Notes: generated by a model not told the origin, from the sequence alone. Shown: positions 1-9,389, counted from the first letter of the whole stretch. The stretch is DNA of 63,989 nucleotides, filler included, from an uncultured bacterium (GCA_964471275.1; 7 parts of 7 records of this genome joined end to end with filler, not necessarily neighbours in it), one strand, 5' to 3'. Numbers and translations: made by a program.

Positions 1-180
1 GTCGACGACGTGGTGTCCGGATTTGCCAATGCCGATCAGCTCGCCCATATCCTTTCCGATCGTGTCGCTGCCGGAAAACTCGACCCCGCCCGTCAGATCC
101 TGATCCTCTGCTTCAAGCACGAGATGCGCGATTCGCCCGCACATCCGACCGCCGATACCTACAATAGCCACGCGTGTCAT
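1..180 (-). CDS. dapB: 4-hydroxy-tetrahydrodipicolinate reductase, N-terminal part (runs off window)
   Basis: Manual translation MTRVAIVGIGGRMCGRIAHLVLEAEDQDLTGGVEFSGSDTIGKDMGELIG has the DapB GxxGRM Rossmann motif and the G-D-GEL motif. It lies directly downstream of dapA. Confidence 0.9.
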   Translation of the reverse strand, partial: MTRVAIVGIGGRMCGRIAHLVLEAEDQDLTGGVEFSGSDTIGKDMGELIGIGKSGHHVVD

Positions 181-189
181 AGGAGTCTC

Positions 190-1218
190 CTAGTATGCCA
201 GACCATCGAGTGACGATGCATCCGCCAGACGAGCATCGATGTCGACACCGAAGAAACCTGCGATGGGTCCGAAAATTTCGGGCGCTGCGGCGTGAACGGT
301 TCGAACCTTGTCCAGTACGATCTGCAGCCCGGATGGGTTCATCTTCCCGAGTGGCTGACGGCAGGGACCTGAGGGCATCCCGAGGATATTCATCAAAGTC
401 TTGAGAGGGAGCGGGTTGCGTGCCTTGACCGTGGTCGGACCATACGGCGTGTCCTCTTCTGAGGCGACGCCGACCATCGCGAGAAGAGGAGCCATGGCTT
501 CACGAAGCCTGTCAGCTTCTGCGACATCTCCCGTCAGCAGAGCTTCGGTCATCTTCTGAACGGAGGCGGGCGCCACGTTCGACATGACCGAGATTACGCC
601 TGCGGACCGAATCCGATCATCGGTCATCATGTCGTAGGTCTTGTCATCATCACCCGACACGATCGTGAAGTCATCACCACAGCACGTTCGCGTACGCGCC
701 ATGTTTTCCAGATCTCCCGTTGCCTCCTTGACCGTCCTGACATTTGGATACTCGGCGCTCAGGATACCCAGATCTTCCGGCAGAAGCTGGGTACCGCTGC
801 GACCGGGAATGACATACGGAATCATCTGTATACCTGGAAAGGCCTTCGCCACCGGCTCGACATACTCTTTCCGGATCTCGAGAGAACTGGGTCCGTTGTA
901 GTAGGGGTCGACGAGAAGCGCAGCATCGATGCCGGCGTGAGCCGCGTGTTCGGTCGCGCGCATCGTCTCCTTGGTAGAATTACTTCCCGTACCCGCGATG
1001 GACTGCGCTCTTCCCCTGACGATCGAGCAGACCGTCTCGGTCACGCTGTCGTGCTCCTCCCAGTCCAGCGTCGGGCTTTCGCCCGTCGTTCCGACAGCGA
1101 GAACACCGCTGATTCCCTGGTCGACCTGGAATTCGACAAGCTTCTCCAAGCCCGCCTGATCGATTCCGTGGTCAACCGTGAAGGGGGTGATCAGCGCGGT
1201 ATAGGCTCCTTTGAACAT
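190..1218 (-). CDS. dapA: 4-hydroxy-tetrahydrodipicolinate synthase
   Basis: Motifs TALITPF, GTTGESPTL, PYYN, YVIPGRSG, VKEATG and SGDD. Start chosen at ATG 1218 with AGGAGG RBS upstream. Confidence 0.95.
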   Translation of the reverse strand: MFKGAYTALITPFTVDHGIDQAGLEKLVEFQVDQGISGVLAVGTTGESPTLDWEEHDSVTETVCSIVRGRAQSIAGTGSNSTKETMRATEHAAHAGIDAALLVDPYYNGPSSLEIRKEYVEPVAKAFPGIQMIPYVIPGRSGTQLLPEDLGILSAEYPNVRTVKEATGDLENMARTRTCCGDDFTIVSGDDDKTYDMMTDDRIRSAGVISVMSNVAPASVQKMTEALLTGDVAEADRLREAMAPLLAMVGVASEEDTPYGPTTVKARNPLPLKTLMNILGMPSGPCRQPLGKMNPSGLQIVLDKVRTVHAAAPEIFGPIAGFFGVDIDARLADASSLDGLAY

Positions 1219-1261
1219 AACAAACCTCCTGCTGGAAGACCTACCCACGTCTTCCGGCACG

Positions 1262-1300
1262 AAAACAGCCGGCCCACTGGAGTAGAGGCATGGCCGGCTG
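1262..1300 (-). terminator. candidate riboswitch expression-platform terminator
   Basis: Minus strand CAGCCGGCC...GGCCGGCTG stem followed by TTTT, between the aptamer and the dapA RBS. The U-tract is short. Confidence 0.5.
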
Positions 1301-1343
1301 GGGAAGCTGCAACCTCAGTCCGCGCCGAATCGGCGCCACGCCA

Positions 1344-1516
1344 CAAGAGAGCGCTCCACGGTCAAAAAAGGATCGTGACAGTTCTGTGGACCTTATCCAC
1401 ACAACCAGTCGGGAACCGTGGCAGACGGGAACCGACTTCGGCGGGTCAACCCTTTCACCGGAAACAAATCTGCCTTCTGATTCCGGCTACTCATGAGGCC
1501 CGCGCCTCTACCCTTG
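1344..1516 (-). ncRNA. lysine riboswitch (L-box)
   Basis: Minus strand reads CAAGGGTAGAGGCGCG...AGTA...GAAAGG...CGCCGAAG...CTGTC...GGAGCGCTCTCTTG, the L-box conserved blocks in order with P1 closure, upstream of dapA-dapB. Confidence 0.92.
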
Positions 1517-1656
1517 AAGGAAGCTAAGCTAGCGACTTGCGTATGAGGGGTCAAGGTATATCCCCGATCGAGAGACCGACCGGGTTCCCTTGCGATTTCA
1601 CCGTCTCTGTGCCGGAAACCTGCGGCGGTTCCCAGGCAAATGCAGACCTCAATGGA

Positions 1657-2352
1657 TTACGGCGCGATGGCCTTCATCACAGCTGCCGTGTCGGAAAGAT
1701 CCCCAAAGAGTGCATCGGGTTTTGCCTCTCCCAGGGCAGCTTCGTCATACCGACCGGTCGCGACCGCGATGGATCTGACGTTGAGGTGCCGTCCACAGGC
1801 AACGTCATTCGGTGTATCCCCGATGATCACGATCTCCTTCTCGGTGAATATGCGATTGGTCAACTCCTTCGCACGCTCCACCGCTCTGCCGGGCAGAACA
1901 TCACGAGACGCTGCCCCGTCTCCGAAGGCTCCCATCTGAAAGGGAGCCTTGAGGCCGATACGATCCAGTTTCATCCACGCACCGGGCTCGAAGTTCCCGG
2001 TCAGCAGACCGGTCAAGCACCCGGACGAATCGGAGACGGCCGCAACCAGATCCAGAACGCCCGGAAAGACCGTCGGCTCGATCCCAGCCAGCTCCGTCTT
2101 CAAACCTGCCAGATAGTGTTCCCGGATCTCCCCCAGGCGAGCCTCGGTCTCGGCTCGTGGTATCCCGGACCGCTCCGCCAGTTCGTACGCGATCTGCGTG
2201 TCGGTTTTGCCGTTCGCCGAAAACCCCTCAGTGGAGAAGGATCGATCGAACACCGCACTAAGCGCGCGTAAGAAGGACGCATCGCCGGCCCCGTCCGTAT
2301 TCATGATTGTGCCGTCAATGTCGAACAGAACTAGCTTCTCGTATGTACTCAT
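1657..2352 (-). CDS. HAD-superfamily hydrolase (phosphoglycolate phosphatase-like)
   Basis: FDIDGT motif I, LLTGN motif II, IIGDTPND motif IV. Confidence 0.88.
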   Translation of the reverse strand: MSTYEKLVLFDIDGTIMNTDGAGDASFLRALSAVFDRSFSTEGFSANGKTDTQIAYELAERSGIPRAETEARLGEIREHYLAGLKTELAGIEPTVFPGVLDLVAAVSDSSGCLTGLLTGNFEPGAWMKLDRIGLKAPFQMGAFGDGAASRDVLPGRAVERAKELTNRIFTEKEIVIIGDTPNDVACGRHLNVRSIAVATGRYDEAALGEAKPDALFGDLSDTAAVMKAIAP

Positions 2353-2484
2353 CTTTCTCGCAATGCCTCGCCAACCTCATCCTCACGGGTTCTGAGATAG
2401 CCACACCAACAGGTCGCACGTACCGGCCTAGGGTGTGGAATGGCCGCTGTGTGCCCTGCCCTGTGCATTCTTCGCACCGCTTCT

Positions 2485-3456
2485 CTAAGATCGCTTGATC
2501 TCATCCAGCAGATCATCATCCACCGCGATCCCCTCTGCCAGCCGCATCTCTCGCTCTCGAAATGCCCGCTCTCCCGGTACCAGGATCTCGGACACTCCGG
2601 CCGGTCGCTCGGAATTCTTGACCTGCTCAACCAGACAGTGAACCCCATCCAGGAAATCGGGCTTTGCCCCGAAGATTTCCGGATCGAGAGCCATCAGGAA
2701 TATCCCGTAGTTCTTCCCCGATTCCGGAATCGGGTCACCCCGCATCAGGACCCCCGAAAAGATCTGGATCATCATCGCAAGCGCATATCCCTTGTGCCCG
2801 CCGGAGGGCAGAACCGCCCCGCCTCTTGCGGACTCCGGATCCGTTGTCACGACGCCATCTGCGTTGAGAGCCACACCCTCCGGAATTGGCTGCCCATCCT
2901 TGATCGCCACGAGGAGCTCGCCGTTCGTGATTGCTGCGGGCGACAGATCCACGAGCACCTGCCCACCTTTCATCGGGAACGCCGCTGAGATCGGGTTCGT
3001 CCCGAGCATCGCCTGCTTTCCTCCCCAGGGCGCGACCCTTGGACTCGAATCACACATCGCAAGCGCCACAAAACCCGCATCGGCAAGCATCGACGTGTAG
3101 TAGCCCAACATTCCACAGTGGCTCGTGTTGTAGGCGCCAACGACTCCTATCCCGGATCGATCCGTTCGGCCAATGACCGTCCTGGCGCATCGATGTGCCA
3201 CCAGATACCCAAGATTCTCCTGCCCGTCGATCAGCGCGTAGGCGGCTCCGTCACGCTCCAGCTTCATCGCCGTGCGGGGCTGTGCATCGATTCGCCTGGC
3301 GATACCGGGCACCCTAATGACACCATGCGTGGGTCGGCCGCGCAGCTCAGCCTCGATAAGCACATCCATCACGATGTGAGCGTCATCCTCGCTCAGACCG
3401 TGGCCACCGAGCACCTGCTCGCACAACCCCCTCAAATCTTCGACATCTACAACCAT
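2485..3456 (-). CDS. Ldh_2 family (type-2 malate/L-lactate/sulfolactate-like) oxidoreductase
   Basis: Motifs THGVIR, SHCGMLGYY, GTNPI, GGHKGYAL and LVPGERA. Confidence 0.9.
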   Translation of the reverse strand: MVVDVEDLRGLCEQVLGGHGLSEDDAHIVMDVLIEAELRGRPTHGVIRVPGIARRIDAQPRTAMKLERDGAAYALIDGQENLGYLVAHRCARTVIGRTDRSGIGVVGAYNTSHCGMLGYYTSMLADAGFVALAMCDSSPRVAPWGGKQAMLGTNPISAAFPMKGGQVLVDLSPAAITNGELLVAIKDGQPIPEGVALNADGVVTTDPESARGGAVLPSGGHKGYALAMMIQIFSGVLMRGDPIPESGKNYGIFLMALDPEIFGAKPDFLDGVHCLVEQVKNSERPAGVSEILVPGERAFREREMRLAEGIAVDDDLLDEIKRS

Positions 3457-4002
3457 AGGCGTTTACCGTATCCTTTTGAGCAAGGTATCGGCCAAAGGCC
3501 GCTCGCGTCAAGACTTCTGAGGCCCTTCCGGTCAACTTAACAAGGCGAGGCCACCCCGGACATATTTACGAGTGCCGCATTGAGTTACGCGAATCGCTAT
3601 GCCGGACAAAAACCCGGATATCCCGCAGAGACGCGCGGACACAGTTCCCCTCTCGTGGACAGAGAAACGTGACGTCATCGACCGGATGAATTCGCGGCAG
3701 GGCAGATCGCGAAGTTACAGAAGGTGAAATATGTCCTGACCAGCAGCAGTTCGGGACACATCTCGAACCGTGACTACATCCGTCGCGCCGTAATGAAGAC
3801 CTTCCCCGCGTTGACCACGGTGCAGGGATTCGGTCTACCGAGCTCACACTTCCAGTCGTTCCAGGCGAACCTCAACGTCATCTGGGAAAACGAGAAGATT
3901 GAGGATTGATACGAAGTGCAGGTCTGAAGATCAGTATGCGGCTCGCCGGCATAATCGGCCCTGCAATCACCCATCGTCTGTCACCGATTCACCCCTCCGG
4001 TC

Positions 4003-4905
4003 ATGCCAGAGTACCCTGACGTCGAAGTATACGTGCACTGTCTCCGCGAGTGGACCGTTGGCCGTGTCCTGCAGAAGATTCGCGTCGTAAGCCATTTTGT
4101 TGTCCGGACCTTCGATCCACCGATCAACAGCCTCGACGGTAGGACGATCATCGATGTCTCCCGTCTCGGAAAACAGATCATTCTTTCCTTCGAGGACAAT
4201 CTGGCGCTCGTCATTCACCTGATGATCGCTAGCAGACTTCGGTGGAAGGATCCGGCAGCCAAACTTGCACGGAAGCTCGGTCTTGCTGCCTTCGATTTCG
4301 AGGACGGCAGGTTGGTATTCACGGAGGCCGGGTCGAAGAAACGCGCGGCCATGCACCTTGTCGGAACCAAGGACCTGCAGAATTTCGATCGCGGGGGTCT
4401 CGAGGTATTCGATGCTGATGTGGTCGCATTTAGAGAGCGGTTGCTCGTCGAGAACCACACGCTCAGACGCTCCCTGACCGACCCGCGACTCTACTCTGGA
4501 ATCGGTAACGCGTATTCGGACGAGATCCTCCATCGAGCGTGCCTTTCCCCCCTCAAACATTCGGCCCGGCTCTCCAAAGAAGAGGTCGACCGTCTTTACC
4601 ACGCCACGGGCGAAACGCTCGCAGAATGGAAGACGTTGCTGCTCGAGGAAGTAGGAGACGGTTTTCCAGACAAAGTCACAGCCTCCCACAAGAAGATGGC
4701 CGTTCACGGCAAGTTCGGTGACCCGTGTCCTGTGTGTGACAGCCCCGTTCAGCGAATCCAGTATGCCCAGAACGAGTGCAACTACTGTGCTACGTGCCAG
4801 ACGGAGGGTAGGGTACTCGCTGATCGAGGGCTTTCGCGCCTCCTCAAGCAGGATTGGCCTCGTACGCTCGAGGAGTTCGATGAGCGGAGAAAGCCAAAAG
4901 CGTGA
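4003..4905 (+). CDS. Fpg/Nei family DNA glycosylase
   Basis: N-terminal PEYPDVE, RLGKQ, HLM, GIGNAYSDEILH (H2TH), and C-terminal CPVC..CATC zinc finger. Confidence 0.92.
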   Translation: MPEYPDVEVYVHCLREWTVGRVLQKIRVVSHFVVRTFDPPINSLDGRTIIDVSRLGKQIILSFEDNLALVIHLMIASRLRWKDPAAKLARKLGLAAFDFEDGRLVFTEAGSKKRAAMHLVGTKDLQNFDRGGLEVFDADVVAFRERLLVENHTLRRSLTDPRLYSGIGNAYSDEILHRACLSPLKHSARLSKEEVDRLYHATGETLAEWKTLLLEEVGDGFPDKVTASHKKMAVHGKFGDPCPVCDSPVQRIQYAQNECNYCATCQTEGRVLADRGLSRLLKQDWPRTLEEFDERRKPKA

Positions 4906-5062
4906 ACCACGAAGCCGGTTTACAAAGCTCAGCTAATGTCGTATCTCAAACTGTCGAATCGGCGTCCGGGATTTCTGATCAATTTCAGTGTCGAGAAGAT
5001 CAGGGACGGCCATCCGAGTCATTCTCCAGCATCTTCTTCGTGTCCTAGTACCCGCGTGGTTC
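4904..5062 (+). pseudogene. GxxExxY-protein C-terminal remnant within inverted flanks
   Basis: Translates PVYKAQLMSYLKLSNRRPGFLINFSVEKIRDG, matching the GxxExxY C-terminus (AQLxxYLK..G.LINF). Bounded by GAACCACG (4904) and CGTGGTTC (5055). Confidence 0.7.
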
Positions 5063-5083
5063 GTATCTGATACGGGATAGATA

Positions 5084-5365
5084 ATGTCTGCACCTACGCC
5101 TGAACTGATCACACTCGGAAACGGAGTTCGCGTCGTCACGGAACCGATGCCTGGTGCGCAATCGGCTGTCCTCTCCCTGCGGCTCACATTCGGGGCGAAG
5201 GATGATCCGATGGATCGGCAGGGGATCGCCCGGCTCGCCGAAGACGTCTTCCTCCAGGGTCACGGTCGATCCCTCGATGACATCAGAATTGACAGCGTAA
5301 CGCTCGAAGCGTTCCCGCCCACGCCGCAGACCCTCGTGACGCTCGGGCCCAAACCCCTGGATTGA
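5084..5365 (+). pseudogene. M16 peptidase family gene with a large internal deletion
   Basis: The N-terminus (TLGNGVRVVTEPMPG..FGAKDDP..GIARLAE) is an M16 start. The last ~35 aa (SLDDI.IDSVT.LEAFP..LVTLGP) resemble an M16 C-terminus. The total is only 93 aa. Confidence 0.75.
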
Positions 5366-5382
5366 ACACCAGAACCCATTCT

Positions 5383-5694
5383 ACCACCAAGGCCGACAAG
5401 TGGCTGGACCGACTTCAGAGAATGAACGAATCGGATGTCTGGTCGTCGACGCGACGTTTGTCAGCCTGAGCACGACTCGAAGACTGTTCTTACCGCCAGG
5501 ATCGACACTTCGACTGGCGCTCAGCGTAACGGTGTCTTGGGGCTAGAATGGCTGAAATTCCTGTATAGCTCAGGCGTATATAAGACGCTGTGATCTACAA
5601 ACGATAAGCAGTCGAGACCCTATCTGATCAACTTCAACGTGAAGCTGATTCGCCGCGGCATCCAACGTATCGCCCTCTGAGCCTGCTTGGTGGT
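5383..5694 (+). pseudogene. second GxxExxY-protein remnant
   Basis: N-terminal piece ENERIGCLVVDATF (5418-5459) and C-terminal YLINFNVKLIRRGIQRIAL* (5621-5680), with the middle lost. Flanks ACCACCAAG and CTTGGTGGT are perfect inverted copies. Confidence 0.7.
5460..5530. repeat. degenerate REP/MITE-like palindrome (GTCA.CCTGAGC..TCGAAG / CTTCGA..GCTCAG..AC type)
   Basis: Imperfect inverted arms sit exactly where the GxxExxY reading frame breaks. Related sequences occur at 28921-29010 and 38136-38176. Confidence 0.45.
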
Positions 5695-5739
5695 CCTGGT
5701 GTCCTGGGTGGCATCCGCTTCTGATTTTGGAATCCAAAA

Positions 5740-6588
5740 ATGGCAGATTACCCCGGGTTTACGAAGCAGCAACGTGAGCAGATGGACGAGGAGGGTTACG
5801 TCCTGATCGAAGATGCCCTGGAGCCATTCGGGTTGGGCAACGTGATCGAGGCGTGGGAGCTGATCCAGGCAGAAGAGGAACCGGCCTGGAAACGGGCTGT
5901 CGCCGACGGCACCGTGACGGGGGGGTATGGAAACGGACCCAATGCGCACACGATATCAAAGGTCCATCATCGGGACCGGATCTTTTTCGACATCGGTGCG
6001 AATCCGATCGTGCATCCGCTTGTGCAAGATCTTCACGGGGTGGACGTGCAGTGTGCGGGAGTCACCAACCACTGCCATCACGCGGGAACCGCAGCACACA
6101 CCGCCTGGCATCGCGACTGGTCGCCCTGGTTCCACCCCAACTGGATCATCAAGTCGAAGGTCTTCTACTTCCTCGACGATCAGGATGAGGACATGGGCTG
6201 CTTCTCGATCGTGCCCGGGACACACAAGCTGCCCGACGGGCCCGACAAGGAGGCTTATGTAGGTGAGAACCTCGAGAGCATGCCAGGTATGAAGAAGATT
6301 ACGGGTAAGGCCGGTAGCGCGATCCTGTGGAACGTGCTGATGTATCACACCGGGACGGCCAACACCTCGGACAGGGACCGCCGGATCATCATTACCAGCT
6401 ACGTTCCCTTCTGGATGAAGACCTGGGGGTCGGAACCCCCGTCCCAGAAGGTGGTCGATTGGACAGACACACCTGAGCTACGCCAATTCTGGGGCATCCA
6501 CGCCGTAGATGGCCGTGCTTCCTATGATCGGGCCGATGTACCATACTTGCCCGAACATCTGAAGATAACCCAAGCCAAGAAATTCTAG
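5740..6588 (+). CDS. phytanoyl-CoA dioxygenase (PhyH) family Fe(II)/2OG dioxygenase
   Basis: EEGYVLIEDAL, WHRD (HxD), IVPGTHK, and distal HTGTANTSDRDRR. Confidence 0.9.
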   Translation: MADYPGFTKQQREQMDEEGYVLIEDALEPFGLGNVIEAWELIQAEEEPAWKRAVADGTVTGGYGNGPNAHTISKVHHRDRIFFDIGANPIVHPLVQDLHGVDVQCAGVTNHCHHAGTAAHTAWHRDWSPWFHPNWIIKSKVFYFLDDQDEDMGCFSIVPGTHKLPDGPDKEAYVGENLESMPGMKKITGKAGSAILWNVLMYHTGTANTSDRDRRIIITSYVPFWMKTWGSEPPSQKVVDWTDTPELRQFWGIHAVDGRASYDRADVPYLPEHLKITQAKKF

Positions 6589-6609
6589 CCCCGCCAGGGA
6601 GAGACGCCA

Positions 6610-7473
6610 ATGGAAGCTGCAAGTGAGAAGACCTATCCGGGTATGGACGAAGAGCAGCGTGCTCACTACAAAGAGCACGGCTATGTGATCATCAAGAATG
6701 CCGTGGGACCGATCGGTCTGGACCGTGTCCGGGAGACGTACGAGCGCACAGAGCAGGAGACCAAGGAAGAGTGGCGCGCGATGGTCGAATCGGGGGATCT
6801 GAAAGGCGGATACGGGAACGGTCCGAACGCACACACGATTCAACCGAACTTCGAGTGGGATACGACCATCCTCGATCTTGCCAACAACCCGATGGTCATC
6901 CCTCTCGTCCACGAAACGGTGGGCCCGGACTACCAGGTGATGGAGATGCTCTACCACAACCATCACGCCAGCACGATGGCTCACACGGGGTGGCACCGTG
7001 ACTGGCCACCTTGGTCTCATCCGCAGTACACGCTGAAGGTGAAGGTATTCTACGCCATCGACGACATACATGAAGATCAGGGATGTTTCAGCCTTGTGCC
7101 CGGCACACACAGGGATCCAGAGAACCCGCCGAAGGACACCTACACCGGGGACAATCTCACCGATCTGCCCGGCTGCAAGAAAATGGTCATGGAGGCAGGT
7201 GACGCGATCTTCTGGGATGTTGTCTGCTGGCACACGGGAACGGCCAACACGAGCCAGCGTGACCGGCGGCTCGTGATATTCGGATACATGCCCTTCTTTG
7301 TGAAGAAGTGGAACGCATCTCCCCCGTCCGAACCCCTCATCGCCTGGGCCGACACACCTTACAAGCGGCAACTCCTCGGCATCCACTGCGTCAACGGACG
7401 TCGTGGGTGGGACCGAACCGACGTTGAGTATCTGCCCGAGCACCGGGAGATCGCGGAAGCAAAGAAGCTGTAG
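6610..7473 (+). CDS. PhyH family Fe(II)/2OG dioxygenase, tandem paralog
   Basis: Same motifs (WHRD, LVPGTH, WHTGTANTSQRDRR) and colinear with the preceding gene. Confidence 0.9.
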   Translation: MEAASEKTYPGMDEEQRAHYKEHGYVIIKNAVGPIGLDRVRETYERTEQETKEEWRAMVESGDLKGGYGNGPNAHTIQPNFEWDTTILDLANNPMVIPLVHETVGPDYQVMEMLYHNHHASTMAHTGWHRDWPPWSHPQYTLKVKVFYAIDDIHEDQGCFSLVPGTHRDPENPPKDTYTGDNLTDLPGCKKMVMEAGDAIFWDVVCWHTGTANTSQRDRRLVIFGYMPFFVKKWNASPPSEPLIAWADTPYKRQLLGIHCVNGRRGWDRTDVEYLPEHREIAEAKKL

Positions 7474-7601
7474 TCGCGGAGACATGCGAAGCGATAGGGC
7501 CTCGGGGACGAACACTCCGGGGCCCTATGCGTGACCTGATTGGCCCTGCACGCGCGGATTTCTAGCTGGATCAGAGCCCACACTCGCTTTACACTAGATC
7601 G

Positions 7602-8865
7602 TTGAGTCAACGTAACCCTCAGGTAGGCTTGGGCTTATGTCGTTTTCCACACACGCTGGGCAACGGGCAGACACTCGTTTTCGAGAAAATCCCTCGGATT
7701 CGGTCTGCCGCTGTCGGTTTCTTCGCCAACACGGGCTCTGGAAACGAGTCGGTAGAACTGGCCGGGGTGTCCCACTTCCTGGAGCACATGTGCTTCAAAG
7801 GCACGGCCAACCGCGACTGGCGCCAGCTCAGCCTGGATGTGGATGACCTTGGGGCGATGTGGAATGCTACACGTGGTGGGAAGGTACAACTTACTTCCAT
7901 TGGGTGCAGAGCGAGCGCGTCGTAGAATCGATCAAGATCTTGAGTGATATGATGCGCCCGACGATACCGATCGAGGAATTCGACACGGAGAAGAAGGTGA
8001 TCCTCGAAGAGATCACCATGTACAAAGGCCGACCGGACTTCATCATCTCCGATGAGCTCATCCAGTCGGCCTTTGCAGGTCATCCGCTCGGCCAAAGCAT
8101 CTTGGGAACAGAGAAATCCATCGGTCGAATGGAACGCGACGAAATGACCGCGTACTTCGACCGACAATACTCGCCCGACAACCTGACGTTCATCGTCACC
8201 GGACGTTTTGATCGTGAGGAGATCATCCAGACAGTCACAGACTGCTGCGGGACTTGGGAATCCAACCCCACGGATCGTGAGCAGGGCCGTCCTCCTTCTC
8301 GCCTGGACCGCGGGTCCAGTTGAAAGACGGTGTGGCACGTGAACACATTGCCTTCGCAGTGTCGGCTCCTGCAGCCAGTCGCCCCGATTCTGTGACAGCC
8401 GACCTGCTCGCCCCATACCTGGGGGCATCGACAAACAGCCGCCTGTTCTGATCGGTCATCCAGAAAGGTCTGACAGACGAGGCCTCAGCAGACCACTACG
8501 GATTCAGCGATTCCGGTCTCTTCTATGTGTATGTGTCGGTCGATCCGGTCAATGCGGGGCAGGTGATAGAGATCATAAGACAGGAACTGGGTGACCTGAG
8601 GAACGGAATCGACACCTACGCACTCGAACGGATTAAGACCAAGGGAGCGACCTCGATGCTCTGCAGCGGACAGCACGGTCTTCATCGCTTCTCGCAAATC
8701 GTCGGCGACTTGAGCACGGAAACACCTCTGAAGTCACTCGATGATCAGTTGGCCGAAATCGACGGTGTCAGCGCGGACAAGGTTGCGGCTTATCTCGAGA
8801 CCTATCCCCTGACACATGATCCAGCGCTCATCGCTCTGGGGCCCTTGGAGCAGGCGACCTGGTAG
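7602..8865 (+). pseudogene. M16 (pitrilysin-family) peptidase, disrupted
   Basis: HFLEHMCFKGT (inverted HxxEH zinc motif), EKKVILEEI, HPLGQSILGT and SRLF are spread over three ORFs. Frameshifts near 7870 and 8320, and an in-frame TGA at 8449-8451. Confidence 0.85.
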
Positions 8866-8885
8866 CCCCCTGATCATCATTCGCG

Positions 8886-8935
8886 ACCTGAAAAGCAAAA
8901 GCCCTCGTGAAACCGAGGGCTTTTGCTTTTCAGGT
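8886..8935. terminator. bidirectional intrinsic terminator
   Basis: Perfect 22-bp inverted repeat ACCTGAAAAGCAAAAGCCCTCG with a 6-nt loop and A/T tracts, between convergent genes. Confidence 0.85.
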
Positions 8936-8963
8936 TCTGGTGCGACAGTATCAGGTGTGCGCC

Positions 8964-9287
8964 CTACCCTCCTGCCACCCCGACCTCTACCAACGGATAA
9001 TCGGAAAGGACTCGCTCGACGGGATGCGTCTCCCTGAAGAATGACAACACACGCAGCAGCACCCCCTCAACGACCGCGTCCGGGCAGGATGCACCACACG
9101 TCAGCGCAACCGTCACCGGTCTCAGACCGGGCAGCCACCCGATTGTTCGCTTGACCTCTCGACGTACCAGGTCGAAGTGCTGGATTTCATTCTCGGACAA
9201 GATTTCATCCGCATTCTTCACGAAATAGGTCGGTGTCCTCTCAGCGCACAGTTCGACGATGTGCGATGTGTTCGAAGAATTGTATCC
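8964..9287 (-). CDS. ispH: 4-hydroxy-3-methylbut-2-enyl diphosphate reductase, C-terminal part (contig edge)
   Basis: GYNSSNTSHIVELC and TCGASCPD are the IspH SSN and GASxP motifs. Confidence 0.85.
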   Translation of the reverse strand, partial: GYNSSNTSHIVELCAERTPTYFVKNADEILSENEIQHFDLVRREVKRTIGWLPGLRPVTVALTCGASCPDAVVEGVLLRVLSFFRETHPVERVLSDYPLVEVGVAGG

Positions 9288-9288
9288 G

Positions 9289-9388
9289 NNNNNNNNNNNN
9301 NNNNNNNNNNNNNNNNNNNNNNNNNNNNNNNNTTAATTAATTAANNNNNNNNNNNNNNNNNNNNNNNNNNNNNNNNNNNNNNNNNNNN
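9289..9388. other. artificial contig linker
   Basis: N44-TTAATTAATTAA-N44, an all-frame stop spacer. Confidence 0.98.
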
Positions 9389-9389
9389 G

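Noticed and set aside
6478..7515. Long antisense ORFs (e.g. 6478-7515, 7619-8434, 17568-18551, 30205-31035, 31585-32433)
   Set aside because: They are shadows of well-supported genes on the other strand, expected in GC-rich DNA, and have no motifs.
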